Of a stretch of 64,000 nucleotides of DNA, positions 56,623 to 64,000 are shown piece by piece. The stretch comes from Cyanophora paradoxa CCMP329 (taxonomy: Eukaryota > Plantae > Glaucophyta). The notes beneath the pieces are model-generated. The model saw only the letters and a list, made by a program, of their open reading frames with translations, ran no database searches and was not told where the DNA came from. The number at the start of each line of letters is the position of its first letter. Within the stretch, counting starts at the first letter, position 1. Where the stretch lies: positions 87,309 to 151,308 of the forward strand of contig QPMI01000115.1 in assembly GCA_004431415.1 (NCBI GenBank), read 5' to 3'. The position numbers and the translations under genes were made by a program.

Positions 56623-57302
56623 TTATCCGTGAAAGAGGGTGATGTCGCCACCGATGTTCATGACGCGGGCCCCAGGCACAGAGTCAGCGTCGGTGCCGTA
56701 CGCGTAGGAAATCGAGCACTCACGCAGCTCCGCGCAGAGGCTGGCGCCCGTGCTGAAGTGGGGCTGGTCGGCGGCGTAGGAGAGGGGGAAGACCTGGAAC
56801 CTGAAAAAGGTGAAGGGGAAGCGGGGTAGAGTCGAGCCGCGTGGGTTGCCGCCCGTGTAGAGGGCCCCCAGGGTCGCGGGACTTGGATTGAATTTCGTGA
56901 AGAGCACGTCGCCCTTGAGCGTACCCTCATCTGGTAAGTTCCCGTACCCGGAAGATTCGAAGAACTGGGGTACCGGTTCACGGTGGGGCCGTACCCCGTC
57001 TCCCTGAACTTGACCTCGAGACAGCGCAAGACGTTGGCAGTGGCCGTGGCAGGTGCCACCTTTTTCACGAGTCCTGATTCGTGCAGCAGCTCGATAACCT
57101 CTGCGCTGAGGCTCAGAGGGTCGAAGAAGAGCTGGTAGGAATAAATCTTGGGCGTGGCGTAGGCGTTCTGAACGACCTGAATCACGACGGGATTCTGCAG
57201 AAAGACGTCGACGTAACTGCCGGAGGGTATGCGTGCGAAATCCTTGGTGTTGTTGCCAACGTCAAGTGAGCCGCTGAGGGTCTGGTACCAGTTGGAAGTC
57301 AT
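56623..57302 (-). CDS. Putative virion structural protein, paralogue 2 (one frameshift near 56.93-56.99 kb)
   Basis: ORFs 56658-57302 and 56623-56907 together are colinear with 55787-56599. Confidence 0.55.
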
Positions 57303-57340
57303 TTACCCGGGGCAGATATTTTTTCGGATCGTAGAGGAAA

Positions 57341-57739
57341 ATGCCCCGCTTCGTATTCGTGAAAAAGCAGGTGGTGCAGGCTCCGCAGTATGGCGTGGAG
57401 CCGATCTCGCTGACTGTGGGCAGGCCCCAGGTGCGATCGGGCTCCGTGCTCAACAACGGGAACAGTACGTACGGCTTTCAGCTGAACTGGGTCGCGGTCA
57501 CCAACGCCGTCAAGTACAAGGTGTACAGGGCGACCAGCATCAACGGCCCCTGGGATCTCGTGGCCACGGTGAATGCGCCAACCGTCACCTACACGGACTC
57601 TCCCTTTAGTTTGGGGGCCCAGCGACTCTACCGCGTGGCGGCGGTTCGCGAACAGGGCAGCAGCAGCACGGGCTCTGATGGCAAAGCCCGCCCACAACCT
57701 ACGCACAGTCGCTTCTCTACACCCACGAGGGTGCCATGA
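57341..57739 (+). CDS. Fibronectin type III-like domain protein
   Basis: LNWVAVTNAVKYKVYRATS..TYTD..YRVAAV FN3 pattern; its stop overlaps the next start (ATGA). Confidence 0.7.
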   Translation: MPRFVFVKKQVVQAPQYGVEPISLTVGRPQVRSGSVLNNGNSTYGFQLNWVAVTNAVKYKVYRATSINGPWDLVATVNAPTVTYTDSPFSLGAQRLYRVAAVREQGSSSTGSDGKARPQPTHSRFSTPTRVP

Positions 57740-59472
57740 GCAATTACATTCTCTTCCAAGGCATAGGCGGCTTCAGCCCGCAGATCGAAGCCTACACCAC
57801 GCTCACGACCGCCACGGCCCAGACCTACGGCGATTTTATTGCCGGGGCGCCCCGCGTCTTCGGGCTTCCCGAAACCCGCCATAGTCGTCACAATCAACTG
57901 GGTGGCCATGGAGGGCGCGGACTCGATTCGAATTTACAGGAACGGTACGCCAATCGGATTTGCGAGCAGTGCCCTGTCTACCTCGTACATTGACGATAGC
58001 ACTGCTCTTACGTGGGGCACGGAATACTCTTACCAGGTGGCCGGCATCGTGGGCGGTGTCGAATACGACAAGTCCGATCCGCTCCTGGTCTGGACTATGC
58101 CAAACGCCCCACGAACGTGACGGCATCAGCACCCAACGACCAGCAGCAGCCTGTCAGCCTCAGCTGGACTGCGTCCACGGGAGCGACGGGATACAAGATT
58201 TACAGAGACGGGGCCTACCTCACAGACTCCGCGACCAACTCCTACAGCGACACGACCACCGTCTGGGGTACAGGGTACGAGTACCAGATCTCCGCGACGA
58301 ACACGGGAGGGGAGGGCCGAAGAGTATTGCGGCGTACGTCACACGGACCCGGGGCGCCCACTGGGCTCACTGCAACCCCCGCGGCGGGGGCAGCACAGCC
58401 TGTTGTGCTCGAGTGGTCGGTGCCGGTGACGGGCGTCACCGTCTCCTACAACATCTACAGGGGTGGCGTGTTCCTTGCCAGCGACACGAGCAGCCCCTTT
58501 TCGGACACAACGACCGTTTACGGAACCACTTACACTTACACCATCAAGGGCGTCAACCAGATCGGCGAGGAAGGCCCTCAGTCCTCGTCTGCCAGTGCAA
58601 CAACTGCAAACGCTCCTGTTTTGGGTACATTCTCCTACACCGGGGCCGACCAGACTTTCGTAGTACCAACGGGGACTGTGGCTGTGCGTGTCATCGTATG
58701 GGCGGCCGGGGGTGGAGGCGGAGAACGCGCAGGTACGGGGGTCCGTGGAGGCGCGGGTGCTTGCGTAGTTGGTACATTGGCTGTGTCCTCGGGGGAGACG
58801 CTCATCCTTGTTGTTGGATGCGGCGGCCCAAAGGGTGTATCGGGGACTGCCACTGCTACCGTCTACGGAGGTGGTGGAAGGGGCTGGAGCCATAGCGTCG
58901 ATCCGGAGTACAAAAACGGCGCCGGTGGTGGTCGTTCTGCAATTCAGCGCGTTGCAGGGACCGACTTGGTTGTTGCAGGGGCCGGAGGTGGGGTACATGT
59001 GATTCGAATGGCGGCGGGGAGTAGGCGGGGGTTGACCGGTGGTGCGGCTGGGTTGGTTGGAGTAACCGGAGAGATACCGGCTCAAGGAGGCACCCAAACC
59101 GCTGGCGGAGCCGGTGTTGTGGCCTCAGGGGCCAGGCCCAGCAACCCGGGAACTTTGCGCCAAGGTGGAGAGACTGGGCCTGATTCAAGCGGCTACAGGT
59201 TCGGTGGTGGTGGTGGTGGTGGTTACTTCGGTGGAGGCTCTGGGTCCAGCAGGAGCGGAGTGTCAGAGAACCCAATAGCAAGAATGTTTGGAGGTGGCGG
59301 TGGCTCGAGCTACATAGGAAACTTGACGGATGCTACGGTGTATCCTGGGTCCGGCCAGGTGGCAGGAAATAGCGGAGACGCTCACTACGCAGCAGGCATT
59401 GGTAGGGGCGGCAACGGTGGCTCGTCTTTCAGCGACGGTGGCAACGGTCGAATTGTGATACTCGCGGTGTAG
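57736..59472 (+). CDS. FN3-repeat + glycine-rich (ALK/LTK-type GRD-like) surface/fibre protein, with several 1-nt frameshifts
   Basis: Three FN3-like units (W..IRIYRNG..YIDD; LSWTASTGATGYKIYRDG..YSD; LEWSVP..YNIYRGG..FSD), then TFSYTGADQTFVVPTG..VWAAGGGGG..GGAG..VSSGETL..VVG.GG and GGGGGGYFGGG, GGGGSSY, GGNGRIVI. Frames join near 57860 and 58110. Confidence 0.75.
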
Positions 59473-59492
59473 TTATTCCTAGTTGTTCCAGA

Positions 59493-60548
59493 TCAGCTCG
59501 CCAGTGCCGCTACCTGGTCTTTGAGAGTTTGAACTTCTTGTGAAAGTTCCTGAATTGCCTTCAACGACAGGAAATGAGCCTGTCGTAGTTTACCCGAGAA
59601 ATCCATCCGCGTTCTCGAAAACGAGACTCGGGAAGACGCCTTGGACTTCCTGTGCGATGAGACCGTAATCCGTTTTCGAACCCCCGAGGATGTGTTCTTC
59701 CAGGTGAACGACACGGGATTCAGCTGCAGCAGAAGAGGGAGAATGCCCGACATGCTCGCGACATTTTCTTTCAGGCGGCTATCGCTCGACGAGTTTGTCA
59801 GGTATCCTTGAGCATCCGAATAAACGGCTCGGTTTCCATCGCCCGTGAGCGTCGAGACGATGAGCCGACCCGTGATGCCAACGCCGACGGTTCCGCACAG
59901 CAGTCGTTCGGTGCCGTTGTTTCTCAAGGATAGACCAGAGCTGACGCTTCCGCTATCAACGATTGAAGTGTTTGCTATGCTTAGGCCATTAGTAGGGCCT
60001 TCGATTGCCGAGGTAAATAGAGTACCTGTAACACCAACGCCAAGAGTCCCACAGAGGAGTCTATCGTTTTCGTTGTACTTTATAGCTACGCCTGAACCAC
60101 CGCCATTTATGTACGGTGACGTTCCGGTAATTTGCAGCTTATCGTCCAATGTAACGATGCCCGCCAAGTTTGAAGCCCCGCTCACCCTAAGCCCCCCACC
60201 ACGTTTGCTCCGCCTCCTTGCACATACAGAGCCGCATTCCCCTCCCCGTTCACAGTCCCATTAAAGGTCACCTGATTCGTGGTGTACCCGCTCCCGTCCC
60301 AGGCCCGTTCGTGACGGTGAGCCTCTGCGTCCTCACGCGCCCCGGCACGGCCGACCCGCCTCCCGCGTGCGCATCTTGTCGCAGCGCAGCTCGCCGACGC
60401 GGACGAGGTCGGCCTCGGAAAAGGGGACGGCCGTGGCGTTGTAGGGGGCCTCGGTGGCCTGGTTTCCGAGGGTGGTCTCCTTAATCGTGTGATCGCCCTT
60501 GTGATTCACGCTGGCAGCATAGGTAAATAGAGGGACAGCGACCGACAT
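59493..60548 (-). CDS. Fibre protein with C-terminal Peptidase S74 intramolecular chaperone (frameshifted)
   Basis: SSDSRLKENV..LLQLNPVSFTWK, shifted-frame DYGLIAQEVQGVFPSLV, terminal KAIQELSQEVQTLK coiled coil; internal repeat (D/E)RLLCGT.GVG.TG.L x2. The start at 60548 carries the shared upstream motif. Confidence 0.8.
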
Positions 60549-60569
60549 TTTTGGATTGCATCAGAAAAT

Positions 60570-61500
60570 CGATTACATAAGCAGCTTGCCGATCGGGTCC
60601 AATGAATAAAAAGCTGGACAATTTGGGTGGGCGTGACCGTCATTCTGGGTTGGAATCTCACTTTAACTGTAAAGCCAGTGTGACTCACCGCCGTGACGTT
60701 GGCCCCGTAGAAATCGACATCCGTGCTGCCGCGGGATTGATGTCGAACGAGGGGGTTACGTTAATAACCGGCGTTGGGTTTGCTGGGTCCCCAGTCCGCC
60801 TCCAGTGTCGTACGCTGTCCGAATGTAATGTTGAACGTCACCGTGTATGTTGAATTGATGTTAAACTCCGTGTACGCAGCGTAGGAGTGGAAGGACGTGC
60901 CGTGCGTTATGTACGCATCCATGTTCACGTTTCTGTGCCCGTGCTGGTGAGCGATACTCTGTGTGACTGTGCGTAGAGGGTGGGAAGGAAGTGGGTCGGT
61001 CGATGACATTATCCCAGTACACATTGTGATGTGTGTAGAGGGGGGGAAGGTAAGTGGCTTGCCCGTTACGTTGTCCAATCCACGGAGATGTTCGTCAAGT
61101 CCGGGGCCGTCCAGTCGCTGATCTGAGAGATGGTGTGCTGGTGGTCTGCGTGGGGATACGTACTCGGCTTCCCGTGATGCTATCCCACGCCCACGTTGTT
61201 GGTATCACGGTATCGTCGGCCTCCCGCTGAGATCTGCATACGCCCCGTGTGTGCCACCGTCGCCAGCTGCGGCACGGCAACGCCCACGGTGCTCACGGCC
61301 TGGCTCGCCCCCGGCGCCATGTGCCACTCGTAGTTCTGCGATGCAAACACGGGCTGGCCTGGCTCGGGCGCCAGTACTCGATGCTTTGGCGATCTTCTTG
61401 GTGTATGGTGCTGCAGGCCTGTCAACCAATTTATCGACGTAGGCTTGGGTACCAGCCAGTTTTGCCTTGGGGCTCTGCGAATTGATCCGTTGTCTATGAA
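60570..61500 (-). CDS. Fibre-like protein with W..ITGKP..FPP repeats and lectin/gp53-like C-terminus (frameshifted; limits uncertain)
   Basis: Fragments in alternating frames: GTQAYVD, AWDSITG(KP), LDNVTGKPLTFPPSTH, YTVTFNITF, VSHTGFTVKV..IHW; these patterns are typical of phage/viral fibres. Confidence 0.5.
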
Positions 61501-61799
61501 GGCCCGTAATTCCTGAAGGCCTCGGCCTCCCACCAATCCTGCATGCGAAGGTCCCGGGAATCTCGAGGCGCGAGTTGGCGTCGCCAGGCGGGCACCTGCG
61601 CCCCCGTTCGACGAGACGCCGAGGTGACGGATGGCCGAGCCGAATTCGCGCCTTAGGGCTTCGATGTGATTGATCCTGTTGAGGCCCTCCTGGTAGACGG
61701 CAATTAAGACGCGCTTCCGCCCCTTGGCTCCTCTTTATCATCGCTTCAGGTCGCGCATAAGTCGACTCAGGGCGAGCGAAGTCGACCCGAAGCCTCCTG

Positions 61800-64000
61800 C
61801 ATTTAACGGTGAGCTGGGAGAGGAAGAGCACGGGCGCGCGATCGATTTCGAGCAGGGTCTTCTGGTCCTTGGGGTACGGTAATCGTTGATGCTGTTGTCG
61901 AGCGCGCGAATGAAGGCTGCAGCTCTTCGGCTCCTTGATTTCGTTTAACCGCAGGCTCCTGGGCCAAGAGCGAGGCCATTTCGCGCGCCTCCGAGGGTCG
62001 TACACACCCAAAAATCCGGAGCCCAGCTGCCTCCAGCCGATTAATTCGGTTGCGCAGCTGGCTCGCCTCGTCGCCACGTCTCGACGCCCCAGTCGTAGAT
62101 CTGTTGCGAGAGCTCCGCGATGAACTGTATGGTGTCGGTCGCCAGTCGACGGGGACTTGAAAAAGTTCTTCACGATTTCTTCGCGCTGCGCCCGTGATGA
62201 TATCCACGATCACCTGCGCGATGGCGCCCGCGAGGATGGACAGGCCAAGTCGCCCACCGTGCCGATCCTCATTTTCGTGAGGGCGCTCAGGGCGGACGAC
62301 ATGCCCGTCTGAAGGCCAAAAGAGCCGACCGTCATGATCATCTGATCGCGGAACGTATCGAAGACTGGCTCCCCTATCTTGCCCTGCGAGAGCGCCTGGT
62401 AGGCCGAGAGCAGGCCGCCGGCCGTCGCCAGCCCAAGGCCCGCCGCCGCCGCGCCCGCCCGCCGCATGGCCCGCGAGCCCGTACCCCCGAGCCCGGCGCC
62501 CACCAAGTCGATGCCCGCCCCCTGAAATAAATCGGCTGCCCCGAAAGACATGCCGTCGTTGTTCGCCGTACCCGCCGCCGAGAAGAGCGTCTCGGCGCTG
62601 AGGCCTCCTTGGCCACCCCGGGCCGCCTTGCCCTCGGCGCCCCAGGTACGCGTCGCGCTGCTCTTTGGTGGTGAATCGCTCGAGGTCGAAATCGGCGAGG
62701 GCGTCGGCGGTGGCGCGGTTCCAGTCGCCGTAGGGCATGAGGGCGTTGCGCAAATAACGTCCGAGTCGCCCATCACGCGCCTGTCGAGCGTCTGAAACAC
62801 GCCCTCGGAGGGCAGGCGGCGGTGCCCGGGCGCATCTCCTCCACGGAAACGTCGTCCCTCTCCGCGAGTGTGATGTCGTCTGGGCTGGCCAAGCCGACGC
62901 CCGCGCCCTCATCGGCGTACGCCCTTCCCCTCGTTTTAATATTTGATTGGCCTCCCGTTTCAATGCTTGGTACTCTGTCTCTACCTTGGTCTTTCTTGCC
63001 TCTTCCTCTGCCGCCTTGCGCTCTGCGATCTTCCGCCTCTGCTCTTCTATCTCGGCGTTGCGTCTCGCCGCGTTCTCCTTGGCTTGCTGCTTCCGCTCTT
63101 CGATCACCCTGTTTGCGTACTCCTTGTCCGCTTGGGCCTTTCTGTAGCGCTCCTCGATCTGACTCTTGGCCTCGTCTCCTCTCTTCCTTAGATCGCCCAT
63201 GAATGCCGTCGTATCTATGTGAATCTTGTATTTGGCGGGTGGGTGCTCACGTTTGAAGGCCTCCAGATCGCGCACCATGGCATCGTACTGCGCGAGCCCC
63301 TCCGCTGGAATGATGGCTCTTCGCATTTCCCAAAATTTGCTCAGCTTGCCACGTAATCGACCATGGAGAGGTACGCGCTCTGTGCGCCCGCGCTCACCGT
63401 TTTCGGATTGGCTCGCAGCTCTGCCAAAACTCCCCCTTTTGTATCCGGTACAGTGACCATTCGAGGGCTCCCCGCCACAGGCTCGCTTCCGTCCGCAGTT
63501 CTCTGTGCATCTCCTCCACGTCGCCGTATGCTATCCAGATGGCATCGCTGATGGGCCTCTGAACAGCCTGACGCTCAAAGTTTTTCCACTTCTCATCGGC
63601 CATCTTTCTCCTCAGTTCTTCGGCGTCTTTCTGACCCCTTCCCGTCAGCTGATCCATAACGTAGCTAAAGTCGCGCATGTTCTCTTCCATGGCGCGGAGC
63701 CTGTCCCCGATGCATTTCCTTCTTTCAGTCTTTTGAGCTCGAGCGGTAAAAATCCATCTGCGCCCCCCTGAACGTCTCCAGTCGTCGCTTACGCTCCGCT
63801 ACCTTCGGCTCCTCCAGCCGTGCAAATTCCTCGTCTGATGCAGTTTGCATTGCCTTCAGTCGTTCCTCTTCTGTCTGGCAGCTGCCTCCTCGTCCGCCCT
63901 GCGCCGCTGCTCTAACGCGTCGAAGAGGGCCCTCTGATCCTCGAGCGTGAGGCCAATGAGCTCTTCCACCTGGTCGCTCCTACCAGCCGCGCGAAGGGCA
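61800..64000 (-). CDS. Large coiled-coil protein with Gly/Ala-rich hydrophobic segment (frameshifted, 5' end outside window)
   Basis: E/K/R-rich helical fragments (63394-63690, 62950-63326) followed by GAAAAGLGLATAGGLLSA..LSILAGAIAQVIVDII; resembles tape-measure or membrane-penetration virion proteins (inference). Confidence 0.5.

Larger units (their letters stand above)
52374..64000. mobile_element. Endogenous DNA-virus-like element (Polinton-like/virophage-like or other eukaryotic dsDNA virus); continues past window end
   Basis: Abrupt switch to intronless, tightly packed ORFs with 20-40 bp gaps or overlaps; HNH, Peptidase-S74 fibre, FN3/Gly-rich and fibre-repeat proteins; AAAATG start context; shared upstream motif. 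The left boundary after the (TA)n tract is tentative. Confidence 0.8.

Noticed and set aside
52374-64000. Bacterial prophage or contaminant
   Set aside because: There are no consistent Shine-Dalgarno sites, the starts have AAAATG context, and a candidate spliceosomal intron plus NLS/SIM motifs point to a eukaryotic virus. A chimeric join cannot be fully excluded without reads.

Overview
GC-rich eukaryotic (protist/algal-type) genomic DNA with many short spliceosomal introns (mostly 50-100 nt; donors GTGCGC/GTCCGC and often GC). Most six-frame ORFs are exon fragments or GC-shadow frames. Host part (1 to ~52.3 kb): two diverged copies of a large unknown gene in inverted orientation (1-4470 +, 16310-23282 -, the latter with a SWIM-like N-terminus) flank a TmcB-like multi-pass membrane gene. 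Then come a head-to-head pair of kinesin-1-like paralogues with near-identical motor domains, a small membrane protein, a secreted NHL/beta-propeller protein, an AMSH-like JAMM deubiquitinase head-to-head with a BTB-BACK gene, two hAT-type non-autonomous transposons with 8-bp TSDs, and a NIT-domain receptor with no visible output domain. From ~52.37 kb to the window end the sequence switches to a densely packed, essentially intronless endogenous DNA-virus-like element. It carries an HNH protein, two tandem paralogous putative virion proteins, an FN3/Gly-rich protein, a Peptidase-S74 fibre, a lectin-like fibre and a large coiled-coil protein. Its cis-architecture is the most novel signal: three telomere-like CCT(GGGACTT)nGGGAAGAGTT modules in direct and inverted orientation, a hidden 12-bp-periodic array plus 16-bp tandem repeats between the inverted pair, and a fixed-spacing TTTTC(T/G)GA-N11/12-ATG motif in front of four genes. 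No capsid, packaging ATPase, polymerase or integrase is recognisable inside the window, so the virus class is unresolved. Gene models were assembled by eye and their boundaries are approximate.
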